Sequence record: LC373201.2
From: Enterobacter phage EspM4VN
Length of the DNA stretch: 64,000 nucleotides
Reading direction: 5' to 3' (one strand)
In this document: in pieces, positions 1 to 8,771 of the stretch
Layout of the letters: each line of letters starts with the position of its first letter
Numbering within the stretch: position 1 is the stretch's first letter
The notes under the pieces: model-generated
Database searches by the model: none
The model's input: only the letters and a program-made list of their open reading frames with translations
Told to the model about the DNA's origin: nothing
Position numbers and translations under genes: made by a program

Positions 1-202
1 GAATTACAGTCTGCAGCACAGCAAGCTCGGCGGCAAGGATACATTCACCAAGAACGTCCGTTCTGCTACGCCTCGGGGATTTGCTCTGGCTGTGTTCATG
101 GTTCACAACGGATTATGTCGCGAGCACGTAGAGGGAATTCGAAGCCGTAATCTGCTAGAGTTGCTCGGGAAGTAGTTTTCAATAACGGGGCGAGAGGTAT
201 TA

Positions 203-457
203 TTGCCCCGTCTACTATCCGAGGGCTGTGCCATGTACCTGAAAAAGATCGTGAAGAAGCCGAAAGGCGATATTGTTGAAGTGTGCCTTGTTGAGGTTTA
301 TGTTGACTCCTGGAACAATGAGCAGCGTTACTTCATGGTCAACACATTGGTGTACGTGCCAGCCTCTCACCTGAACCGTGATTTCATCACACCAGAAAAT
401 ATCGTCCGCTGGGAGATTGCAACGCAGTCCGACATCGACGAAGATCAAATTCTTTGA
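203..457 (+). CDS. hypothetical small protein (probable ATG start at 233)
   Basis: ORF in track; in-frame ATG at 233 with upstream GAGGG; follows hairpin ACGGGGC..GCCCCGT at 185-211. Confidence 0.4.
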   Translation: MPRLLSEGCAMYLKKIVKKPKGDIVEVCLVEVYVDSWNNEQRYFMVNTLVYVPASHLNRDFITPENIVRWEIATQSDIDEDQIL

Positions 458-474
458 ACTGAAGGATCTATATC

Positions 475-915
475 ATGTCAAAAGAGAAATACATTTTCAT
501 CAGTCCGGCCACGAAGGAGTTCTTCATCTCCGAAGTGAAAGATCGTGTTGAGAAGTTCCGCTACATGCGCAGCTATGGCCTGGCGTCCGGTGAGATCGAT
601 TATCAGTCACTGGACAATGACCGCCAGGATCTGATCGACGACGGCTGGCGTCTGGTCCCGTCCCCTCAGTACATCCACATCAAGTTGTACTACATGAAGG
701 ACAGCGGGAAGTATTATTCTGAAGGTGAACTCGTCCTCAATCGTGGCGAAGCCGAAGCCGAACCCGCCAAGAACTGGATGTTGGCAATGGACCAGATCCG
801 CGAACTGCTAGACTCTGGCAATCTGCCTGGCCTGATCAAGGGTTCGAAGTTCGACGTGTTCGTTACGGGTCAGGGTCATCCTGGCGGTTATCCACATCTG
901 TTCCGTATTAACTGA
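475..915 (+). CDS. hypothetical protein (146 aa)
   Basis: ORF; preceded by conserved TIR motif TTTGAACTGAAGGATCTATATCATG. Confidence 0.55.
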   Translation: MSKEKYIFISPATKEFFISEVKDRVEKFRYMRSYGLASGEIDYQSLDNDRQDLIDDGWRLVPSPQYIHIKLYYMKDSGKYYSEGELVLNRGEAEAEPAKNWMLAMDQIRELLDSGNLPGLIKGSKFDVFVTGQGHPGGYPHLFRIN

Positions 916-923
916 GGTTGATC

Positions 924-1160
924 ATGAGGATCAAAACTATCGGCGCAAGCCCATTGGGTGGAACTATCTATCAGGGTACTCTCGACACAGTCAAGTCCAT
1001 GTGGGTTGGCAACAAGACTGATATCACCGATGAGTGTGTTCGGGCTACCGCAGAGCACCTGAAGATCGTGAAGAAGGACTATTGCTTTCCGACCAAAGAT
1101 GGCAAGTTCCTGGTCATGTCAGCTGAACTGCACGACACCCTTCCCGACCGCTTCAAATAA
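924..1160 (+). CDS. hypothetical protein (78 aa)
   Basis: ORF; RBS TGAGG 5 nt upstream of ATG 924. Confidence 0.5.
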   Translation: MRIKTIGASPLGGTIYQGTLDTVKSMWVGNKTDITDECVRATAEHLKIVKKDYCFPTKDGKFLVMSAELHDTLPDRFK

Positions 1161-1186
1161 ATTTTAAATTTATTCAATAAACGGGG

Positions 1187-1214
1187 TTTACTTCTTCAAT
1201 AAACCCCGTATACT
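1187..1214 (+). promoter_or_regulatory. T4-type early (sigma70-like) promoter TTTACT-N16-TATACT
   Basis: -35 GTTTAC/TTTACT 1186-1192 and -10 TATACT 1209-1214; -35 lies in loop of hairpin CGGGGTTT..AAACCCCG; element repeated at 37680. Confidence 0.55.
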
Positions 1215-1263
1215 TCATTCCATAAGCAGCACAACACTGACTCTGAAATGAAGGAACTACACC

Positions 1264-1560
1264 ATGAACAACATGCCAACCACCAAAACTGCTCTGGTAA
1301 TCGATTCTCGCTTTATCGTTGAAGCATGGGCCAATAGCCAAAACTCTTATGTGTATTCCCTTTACGTCGGCGACACCTATATTTCTTGCCTCGGCATCGA
1401 TGGTTCCGTGAATGAGCACGGCGTGAACGAGCGCTATACCAAAAAGCAGGCTATCGCCGATGCCACCAAATTCGCGACCGACATTCTGGGTCGCATCAAT
1501 GCGGGCAAGCCGTACAAGCGCGGTGAAAAAGGCTACGCCACCCAATTGCTTGGTGCTTAA
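1264..1560 (+). CDS. hypothetical protein (98 aa)
   Basis: ORF downstream of early promoter and conserved TIR motif. Confidence 0.55.
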   Translation: MNNMPTTKTALVIDSRFIVEAWANSQNSYVYSLYVGDTYISCLGIDGSVNEHGVNERYTKKQAIADATKFATDILGRINAGKPYKRGEKGYATQLLGA

Positions 1561-1629
1561 TTTGTTCTAAACCTTTGAACGGGGTATGTTAAGCGCATAC
1601 CCTATCCCCTACAAATAGAGGACTTTATC

Positions 1630-1950
1630 ATGGCTAACAGCATCCCAATTTTAGAAGCGGTCGTAAAAGAGAACCCTCGAGCGCGCAAACCACGTCGCCG
1701 CCTGGTCACCAAGCTGGATCTTCTGAAACAGAAGTTTGGCGATCACAGCGTGTTCACCCGTATCCGCAATGCATTAAAGGAAGGCAGAACCGAGCTGGAG
1801 CTATACCGTCCGAACGGTTCGACACGCGCGTATCAGACCACCGACGGCTTGCTGGAACTGATCCGCCTGAGCGGGATGACGATCGAACCGCGTTCGTCAG
1901 GCACCCCTCTGTGCTCCCTGTATGTCATCGGCAATCTTGGGGCGCTGTGA
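1630..1950 (+). CDS. hypothetical basic protein (106 aa)
   Basis: ORF with RBS AGAGG; N-terminal Arg/Lys-rich stretch. Confidence 0.5.
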   Translation: MANSIPILEAVVKENPRARKPRRRLVTKLDLLKQKFGDHSVFTRIRNALKEGRTELELYRPNGSTRAYQTTDGLLELIRLSGMTIEPRSSGTPLCSLYVIGNLGAL

Positions 1951-1955
1951 GTTCT

Positions 1956-2378
1956 ATGAAGAAGTATATCGTTGTCATCACTGGTTCCCGCTCAATTACC
2001 GAGCGGGATAAGGTCTTCGCCAAGCTGGATGAACTCCTCGATCCTCATGAAGTCTATACGTTGATCGAGGGCGAAGCCACGGGCGTCGACACGATTTGTC
2101 GTGATTGGGCTGAAATCAATTATGTTAATGTCACCCCTATGCCAATTCCACCGGGCTATTATGAAAAATATGGCAAAGGGATGGGTAACAAACGCAATCA
2201 GGACATGTTAGACAAGGCATTGGAACTCGCCAGACAGACCAAGCTGGAAGTGTATCCGATTGCGATGTGGGATGGTTCGTCCACTGGCACCCTGGACATG
2301 ATAAACAGGCTGAAGAAGGCAGGTCTCCCTGTGGATATCACTCTGATGGGTAAACCCAAAACCAAGCGCCTTTTGTAA
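1956..2378 (+). CDS. SLOG/DUF2493-like Rossmann nucleotide-binding protein (tentative)
   Basis: Start MKKYIVVITGSRS..GEATGVD; glycine-rich motifs reminiscent of the LOG/DprA/YpsA SLOG fold. Confidence 0.35.
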   Translation: MKKYIVVITGSRSITERDKVFAKLDELLDPHEVYTLIEGEATGVDTICRDWAEINYVNVTPMPIPPGYYEKYGKGMGNKRNQDMLDKALELARQTKLEVYPIAMWDGSSTGTLDMINRLKKAGLPVDITLMGKPKTKRLL

Positions 2379-2419
2379 CCTGTCATAAATAATCTGAGTT
2401 CACACAGCGGAGATACATC

Positions 2420-2587
2420 ATGTTTGTCGTCAATCTGTTCTGCTATATCTTCACGGCGTACTTCCTGGGAGCAGTGGGGTTCGAGACCTACAATGACCTG
2501 AAGGATGGGGAATACGCCACCCGAACGGTCTATGCCAAGAAGTTTGTTCGCAAGTTCTGTTCAAACTTCGTTTACAAACTGCCCTGA
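2420..2587 (+). CDS. small hydrophobic protein (55 aa), not in ORF track
   Basis: ATG 2420 after GGAG RBS; product MFVVNLFCYIFTAYFLGAVGF... with one predicted TM helix. Confidence 0.35.
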   Translation: MFVVNLFCYIFTAYFLGAVGFETYNDLKDGEYATRTVYAKKFVRKFCSNFVYKLP

Positions 2588-2609
2588 TCCCTAAATACCC
2601 CCATCATCC

Positions 2610-3353
2610 ATGGGGTATTTTCTTATGAACGCACAGATCTATGACGCCCTATCCCAGGGCAACGCCTTTACCAATCCTCTCCCGTCCCTCAGCAGCACCT
2701 CACAGGGATTAATCACCAGTGGCAAGGCGACTACAGCCGGATTGGCTAACACCGGAAATACGCAGATCCAGAACGCCCTGACGGCAGGTGGGTTAACGAC
2801 AGCCAAACTCAATGAATCGACGGCGATGTTCAACTCAGCCAACGCCAGCATCACCACTCTGAACAACTATGGTGACCAGTCAGTGAACGAAGCCTATTCC
2901 CGCATCGGCACATCGGTGTCGTACAAGTCCGGTCTGAAGTCTATCGACCGAGAGCCGAACAACTGTGATCTGATCAACAATGCCTTTGGGGTTATCCAGA
3001 ACCTCGGCAAGCAATGGCTCAACACCATGCAAAGCGTGCTCACAACTGTCACAGACAAGATGAATGAGCTGGCCGAGTTGGTAGCACAGGGTGTCAGTGC
3101 GGGGCTTGCTGCTATCCAGGCGCTGGCCGCCGAAGTCACCCAGGCCATCAACAATGCTGTGACAGCAGTCGCCTCTGTTGCTCAAGACATCACGAACGGT
3201 ATTGCAGCAGAGTTGGCCCACATCCAAGACATGATTGGCAAGTGTCTGAACTTCTCTTTTGCCAACGTGATCTCAGAGTGGGCGAAAGATATCTGCGCCG
3301 GAGGTGTCATCAACAGCATCGGTTCTGATAATCTGAAGAATGCCCTGAAGTGA
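2610..3353 (+). CDS. low-complexity Ser/Thr/Asn/Ala-rich protein (247 aa)
   Basis: Long ORF; repetitive composition suggests fibrous or structural/injected protein; no motif recognised. Confidence 0.5.
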   Translation: MGYFLMNAQIYDALSQGNAFTNPLPSLSSTSQGLITSGKATTAGLANTGNTQIQNALTAGGLTTAKLNESTAMFNSANASITTLNNYGDQSVNEAYSRIGTSVSYKSGLKSIDREPNNCDLINNAFGVIQNLGKQWLNTMQSVLTTVTDKMNELAELVAQGVSAGLAAIQALAAEVTQAINNAVTAVASVAQDITNGIAAELAHIQDMIGKCLNFSFANVISEWAKDICAGGVINSIGSDNLKNALK

Positions 3354-3995
3354 TCATCTAGATCTCGCTGGAAGAACTCCCACTGGTTCAATCCCATCCA
3401 ACAGTAGGGAGTTCACCCCAACGTTGCTCAGCCTGATCCATATCGTTCCTTCCGGCTTCACCTCAAATATGTTCATCTCATTCCCAACTGCTTCCCCATT
3501 CACAAACACGCCCTGTGTTGCTATCCTCACGGGTTTGGTCGAGTCATTCACTATCTTGAATGTTACAGTGAGTTCAGAGTTGACGTCAAGGCGACCTACA
3601 GTGTGTTGCTTCAGCTTTGCATAGAACGATGGGTTGAACGTGATGATGATGCTGTTGTTCTGGGAGTAATAAATACTGGCAGACAGGTAAGGTATCTTCC
3701 CCTCATCACCCTTTCGAAGCAGGGGGATGGTAGTCTTCCAGTAAGGCTTGAGGGTGTTGGTGTTCTCCTCGAAGCAACCCAGAGGTATCAGCTTTTGGAA
3801 CGTCTGGAACTCTTGGACGATCCCATCAAGGATTCCTTTGTTGCAGGTCTGAACATCAGCCGATATCGTGACAGGCAATGTGCGCACTTCTGGGTTCCAG
3901 AGTTCGGAAACAGAAATGATTGGCGTGACAAAGATGCGACAGCTCACAAGAAGGAGCACCGCACATGCCAACAGCAATCTACTGATCCCGCGCAT
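3354..3995 (-). CDS. predicted lipoprotein (minus strand)
   Basis: ORF 3354..4022(-); probable start MRGISRLLLACAVLLLVSC with lipobox LVSC. Confidence 0.5.
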   Translation of the reverse strand: MRGISRLLLACAVLLLVSCRIFVTPIISVSELWNPEVRTLPVTISADVQTCNKGILDGIVQEFQTFQKLIPLGCFEENTNTLKPYWKTTIPLLRKGDEGKIPYLSASIYYSQNNSIIITFNPSFYAKLKQHTVGRLDVNSELTVTFKIVNDSTKPVRIATQGVFVNGEAVGNEMNIFEVKPEGTIWIRLSNVGVNSLLLDGIEPVGVLPARSR

Positions 3996-4033
3996 CAGGG
4001 TCACAAAATATCTCCACAGCAAAAGGTGCTATT

Positions 4034-4534
4034 ATGTCTGACGTACAATTCAAGAACGAAAACCCTAATTTTGCGGCGTCTGATAAATGGCGCTTATCAA
4101 TCGGCGACTTAACGCTTGTGTCCCGCAATATTCATGACTTCAGCATTCCTGGCCTCTATTCAGAGGGTATCGATGGTCCATCACCAGGCGATGTGCTTGT
4201 ATCCATACCGTCGGAACGTTTAACATATGATCCCATCGTATTTACTTTCGTTATAGATGAGGACTGGAAGTCATGGCTTCAGATCCACAACTGGATTAAG
4301 TCCAACGTTGGCTTGGATATGCCTGTCAGCAAGGATATCGTGATCGAGTTGTTGGACAACCTCAACCGCCCGATTGGCCTGACCCTGGTACTGGAAGATG
4401 CTCGCCCGACGGCTCTTGACAACGTTCTGGTCGACGTCGATGCTGCAGTGCCTCAGCTGGTGACGACTGTGACCTTCAAGTTCCAGCAGATGGTTCCTCA
4501 GCTGGCGACCAAAGAAGTTGTTCCTAACCCGTGA
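4034..4534 (+). CDS. tail-tube-family protein (gp19/gp54-like fold), tentative
   Basis: 166 aa; FVIDEDWKSWLQIHNW and IVIELLDNLNRPIGLTLVLED resemble T4 gp19 FDDWTVTVMNDEAHDARQKFVDWQ / IEIKGLWPTNVGELQLDW; same length as gp19 (163 aa). Confidence 0.35.
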   Translation: MSDVQFKNENPNFAASDKWRLSIGDLTLVSRNIHDFSIPGLYSEGIDGPSPGDVLVSIPSERLTYDPIVFTFVIDEDWKSWLQIHNWIKSNVGLDMPVSKDIVIELLDNLNRPIGLTLVLEDARPTALDNVLVDVDAAVPQLVTTVTFKFQQMVPQLATKEVVPNP

Positions 4535-4576
4535 AATGCGGTATAATTCTATGACATTGACAAGCTGGGATATTTT

Positions 4577-5029
4577 ATGAAAGAACAACTACAGACAATG
4601 GCAACCGAGGACATCATGAACGAACTGGAGCCGCTGATTACAGTGGACCCAGAAGACATGAACCTCGACCAGATCTCACTAAAGATCGGGCGCTCTTGGA
4701 TGGCTGTACAGCGACATTACCTGCGTGAGGGACGTTATCTTGAATTCCTCAACGGGCGCTTCCGCCAGATCGATCTTTATCTGCGCCGCTATTATGCAGG
4801 GGAGTTACCACCGAACATCTATGCGGAGCGTCCCCTGAAGGTTCGCCCCCTGAAGTCTGACTTGGACACATGGGTCAAAGCCGACGATGACTATGTAGAA
4901 TTGTCTGTTCTATTGCAAGAGCAGAAGGCAAAGGTCAAATTTATTGAGACTTGTTTGGATCGTCTGAACAAGCTCGGGTATGAAGTGAAGAACGCCATCG
5001 ATTGGCGTCGTTACATGGATGGTTCCTGA
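4577..5029 (+). CDS. uvsY: UvsY recombination mediator
   Basis: C-terminus FIETCLDRLNKLGYEVKNAIDWRRYMDG matches T4 UvsY FCSGALDAIKSRGFAIKHIQDMRAFEAG pattern; 150 aa. Confidence 0.7.
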   Translation: MKEQLQTMATEDIMNELEPLITVDPEDMNLDQISLKIGRSWMAVQRHYLREGRYLEFLNGRFRQIDLYLRRYYAGELPPNIYAERPLKVRPLKSDLDTWVKADDDYVELSVLLQEQKAKVKFIETCLDRLNKLGYEVKNAIDWRRYMDGS

Positions 5030-5775
5030 TGGCATCTCTCCAAGCCCTGCGCAAGCTGAACGACTTCGAAAATCGCCATTACACATTCCAGCAGTACGAA
5101 CTTCCTCATAAGGAACTGGAGTGTGTGACGACGGAGAACGGTCGTCATTATGTGTCACCAACTGGTGTCAAGCTGACGTCTGTCACGACTATGCTGGGGC
5201 GCACTGGTGATCATGAATGGCTTGAGGCTTGGAGGGAGAAGCTTGGTGCAGAGGCCGCCGACCTCGAGACCATGCGTTGTGCCGACCGAGGGGAGAAGCT
5301 GCATCTTGCATGTGAACTGTATTTGAAGAACCGCCCAATGAAAGAAGTGTTGGAAGCGGCTGGCGAATACATGTTCATGTTCAAGCAGCTGTTCCCCTAC
5401 CTGAACAAGATGACAAAGATCTATGCTCAGGAGATCCCATTATATAGCGAGGTGCTTGGCCTCGCAGGTCGAGTGGACCTTATCGGGGTTTATGAGGGCA
5501 AGCCTGCCATCATCGACTTCAAGACGTCGAACATCATGAAGACGCGGGGAATGATCGAGGACTACAGTATCCAGCTGTGCTTGTACTCTGTTATGTTCCA
5601 GCAGATGTTCGGTGTCAAGATCACCCGCCTCATCAATGTGATTGCCAACGAGTCTTCCCCTCTACCAACCGTCATTGAGTTCAACCGTGATGACATCCTG
5701 ACAAAGATGTTTGAGCGTGTTCGTCTGTACCATCGCATGGATAAAGAACAGAACGGAGTCTGGCCGGATCGCTAA
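5029..5775 (+). CDS. PD-(D/E)XK-family nuclease (RecB/Cas4-like core)
   Basis: Start ATG 5029 overlaps uvsY stop (TGATG); motif RVDLIGVYEGKPAIIDFKTS fits D...(D/E)xK. Confidence 0.45.
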   Translation: MASLQALRKLNDFENRHYTFQQYELPHKELECVTTENGRHYVSPTGVKLTSVTTMLGRTGDHEWLEAWREKLGAEAADLETMRCADRGEKLHLACELYLKNRPMKEVLEAAGEYMFMFKQLFPYLNKMTKIYAQEIPLYSEVLGLAGRVDLIGVYEGKPAIIDFKTSNIMKTRGMIEDYSIQLCLYSVMFQQMFGVKITRLINVIANESSPLPTVIEFNRDDILTKMFERVRLYHRMDKEQNGVWPDR

Positions 5776-5803
5776 ATACCCCATAATCCTTGGGAGATTT
5801 TGT

Positions 5804-7311
5804 ATGGCAGACATTCAGATTGTTAAGGTTAACGAAGTCCGCATGCGTTGCATCGCAGATCTTTCTATCAGGGAAGAACTGAATGACTACTTCAAATTCG
5901 AAGACCCGAACTTCGTTCCCAACCCTTCTCTAAATGGGACGGGGTTGTTCGCTTGTTTACCAAGTCATCCGGCCTGATCGATATCGGCCTACTGTTTGAG
6001 GTGTTCAAGTTCTGCAAGAACAACAAATACACCATCGAACTGGATCCGGCTCTGAAGTACATTCAGGACATCCCAGATGAAGAAATCCATGACTTCATCG
6101 ACAGCCTGCATCCAAAGATTCGCACCGAAAATCACGAATACATCGATGCCGAGACCCGTGACTATCAGTACGACACCATCGCCAAGGCTATGCGTCAAAC
6201 CAGATGCGTCTGTGAACTGGCTACGAGTGCTGGTAAGTCCTTTATTCTGTATGTCATGGCGCGGTACTACAGGCAGCGCAGAGAAGCTCTCGAAAGCCCT
6301 CTGAAGACGCTTATCGTGGTGCCGTCGATTCACCTGGTTACTCAGCTGTACGACAACTTTGAAGAGTATGCACACGGCAGTGATTGGAAGCCCGTTGTCA
6401 ACACTCAGCTGATCTATGAGGGTGCGACTAAACAGATCAGCAAGCCGATCGTCATCAGTACATGGCAGGGCATTCAAGACCAGCCGAAGGAATGGTTCCA
6501 TCAGTTCGGTGACATCGTGGTGGATGAAGTGCACACCTCCAAGTCTGAGAAGCTGTCCTACATCCTGAACAACTGCATCTATGCAGATCAGCGTCTGGGT
6601 GTTACGGGTACGCTGGCAAACACGAAGGTCGCAGGCCTGCAGGTCGTGGCCCACTTCGGGGCATACCACAAGATCATCACGGCTCGCGACCTTATCAATC
6701 TCGGGTATGCCACCGACATCAAGGTGAAGATGATCCAGCTGAAGCACACTTCAGCAGATGCAGTTGGTCTGGACGGGGATTATACCAAGGAAATAGAATA
6801 CCTTATTACACACCAATCCCGCAACGAACTGATCGCCAAGATGGCACTGAATCTGAAAGGGAACGTGGCGATCATGTTCGAGCGTATTGATGGCCACATG
6901 ATGGTCGTGTATGATATGCTGAGCGCAGTTAAGCCCAACGTGTTTGTCATCAACGGGGAAGTGAAGATCGAAGACCGCCGCCGCATACAGAAAGCGATGG
7001 AGGATGGAGAAGATATCACCCTGTTGGCTTCATATGGGACAATGCAGCAGGGTGTGTCAATCAAGAAGTTACATCACCTTGTGCTGGCGCACCCGAGCAA
7101 GTCGTATATCCGCGTCATACAGACATTGGGTCGTCTGATGCGTCAGCACTCCTCTAAGGACGTCGCATGGATATGGGATTTAGTGGATGATGTGTCTTAC
7201 AACGCAAGCACGAACCACGCTATCAGGCACTCTCATGAGCGTTACAAGTTCTACCTGACAGAGCGCCACCCTGTGGAGTTCATGAAGGTGGCGCTGGGTA
7301 ATCACGATTGA
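5804..7311 (+). CDS. uvsW: UvsW RNA-DNA/DNA helicase, interrupted by a 1-nt frame break near 5932
   Basis: N-term MADIQIVKVNEVRMRCIADLSIREELNDYFKFEDPNFVPNP vs T4 MDIKVHFHDFSHVRIDCEESTFHELRDFFSFEADGYRFNP; TSAGKSFILYVMARYY, STWQGIQDQPKEWFHQFG, KKLHHLVLAHP match T4 UvsW; adding one A to AAA at 5932-5934 restores ..NPSLKWDGVVRLF.. Confidence 0.85.
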
Positions 7312-7679
7312 TCTTGATTCACATAGGCGGGGGTGGCCTCGCCTTCATCAGTTACTGCACCGAACAATTTGTCTAGAGAAGCCAGACACTGTGCGTTCAG
7401 GTGTTCACTGATCGTATCCTTCAGCATTTGTTCACTACCCAATTTGAATGGCAGCACCTTCGCTTCGATACCGTTTTCAAACGTCACGACAGCGACATAC
7501 AGACCAACTTTCAGGCCTGCCATCAGACCTAGAGGGAAGAAGCGCGGCTCCGATGGTAAGTTCTTGTCTGACGCCAGCTGTGCCAGATAAACTGGGGTGC
7601 CTGTGACAAATTGCCCTGCGGTGAGGATGGCGTCTGGCTTGCTGCATCCCACCGCATATAATCCTACGAACTGTTTCAT
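7302..7679 (-). CDS. hypothetical protein (125 aa, minus strand)
   Basis: ORF with ATG at 7679-7677; overlaps uvsW 3' end by 10 nt on the opposite strand. Confidence 0.45.
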   Translation of the reverse strand: MKQFVGLYAVGCSKPDAILTAGQFVTGTPVYLAQLASDKNLPSEPRFFPLGLMAGLKVGLYVAVVTFENGIEAKVLPFKLGSEQMLKDTISEHLNAQCLASLDKLFGAVTDEGEATPAYVNQDQS

Positions 7680-8023
7680 ATATTACTCTCGTGTGTTGGT
7701 TAACCTGACATACATATTATTTCGCGTGCATGTTTAGACCAAATTAAATTAATTTTGCTGTTGAATAAAAACTGCTTTCCTGTTGAACAAATGGCGTGGT
7801 ATTATACGAGTTGTGAGTGTTAACGAGCAACGAGTATTAGCAGTTATGAGCGAAGCGAATAGGATTAATAAAGATTATTATCTTTAATAAAGTCCATAAA
7901 TGCCGAAGGCATTTATTAATAACGCGTAGCGTAATTTGCCACTTGTTCTATAAGCACAACACAGCGATACTAGATTGCGTCAAACATGACTTGAACCCCA
8001 CTATATTTTGAGGATACATACAA

Positions 8024-8692
8024 ATGCAAGAGATCACTCTCTCCGAACGTACACTTCAGTTGCTGGCCAACTTTGAGACCATCAACCCGTCAATCGTTCT
8101 GACACCGGGTAAGATGCTGCGCAGCATTAACGATTCGTCTACTGTAATCGCCGTGGCGCAGATCGAAGAAGACTTCCCGTTTGAGTTTCCGATCCTGGAC
8201 CTGACAAAGCTGCTGGCCATCCAGCGCCTGCCTTCCTTCAAAGGCGGTAAAGCCGAATTCCATCAGGACTACATCCTGCTGAAAGGTGAAAGCTCCCAGC
8301 TGCAGTTCTGGCGTTCTGCTAAAGAACTCACTGTTGTTCCGGCTGACACTATTGAACTGCCGTCTGTCGACTTTGAAGCGATTATCACTCCAGAAAAGAT
8401 GAAAGAACTGACCCGCGCCTGTTCTACCCTCGGCCACAAGACTGTACGCCTTGTTGCTCAGGGTGGCAAAACCCGCCTGGTTGCGACCACCACTACACTG
8501 GATAACTCCAACAACTACACCGTTGAGCTGGGTGAAACCGCGCTGCCGGACTTCGTAATGCCGCTGGATGTTGCGAACCTGAAGATGATCGAAGGCAACT
8601 ACACTCTGCGTGCCTGCGCTGAACTGCAGATGGTGAACTTCCAGTCCTCCGACGCGACGATCAATTACTTCGTCGGCGCACAGATTGAGTAA
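8024..8692 (+). CDS. 45: sliding clamp (gp45)
   Basis: 222 aa; MQEITLSERTLQLLANFETINPSIVL.. parallels T4 gp45 MKLSKDTTALLKNFATINSGIML; RBS GAGGA. Confidence 0.85.
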   Translation: MQEITLSERTLQLLANFETINPSIVLTPGKMLRSINDSSTVIAVAQIEEDFPFEFPILDLTKLLAIQRLPSFKGGKAEFHQDYILLKGESSQLQFWRSAKELTVVPADTIELPSVDFEAIITPEKMKELTRACSTLGHKTVRLVAQGGKTRLVATTTTLDNSNNYTVELGETALPDFVMPLDVANLKMIEGNYTLRACAELQMVNFQSSDATINYFVGAQIE

Positions 8693-8771
8693 TCAATCTC
8701 CAGCCTGATGCTATAATGTGTGGGCGGGGCTTTCCTGCCCATTTGAAATGATTCTTCTACAAGAGGCTGAA

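Noticed and set aside
5989-6747. Long antisense ORFs inside conserved genes (for example 5989..6747-, 11814..12800-, 20140..21000-, 21628..22443-, 33616..34209-, 9183..9713-)
   Set aside because: They lie entirely within well-supported sense-strand genes (uvsW, 11631 gene, vWA gene, gp46, gp44). Their products are Arg/His/Val-rich and they lack RBSs. They are shadow ORFs of the coding strand.
7770-7810. MotA-box-like AAACTGCTTT as a T4 middle promoter
   Set aside because: Distance to the nearest -10-like hexamer (TATACG) is about 24 nt instead of 11-13 nt. This is not a canonical MotA-dependent promoter.
8708-8745. TGcTATAAT extended -10 and GC hairpin between genes 45 and 44 as an internal promoter/attenuator
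   Set aside because: There is only an isolated -10-like hexamer with no -35 partner. The hairpin (TGGGC..GCCCA) is weak. Kept as a possibility but not called.
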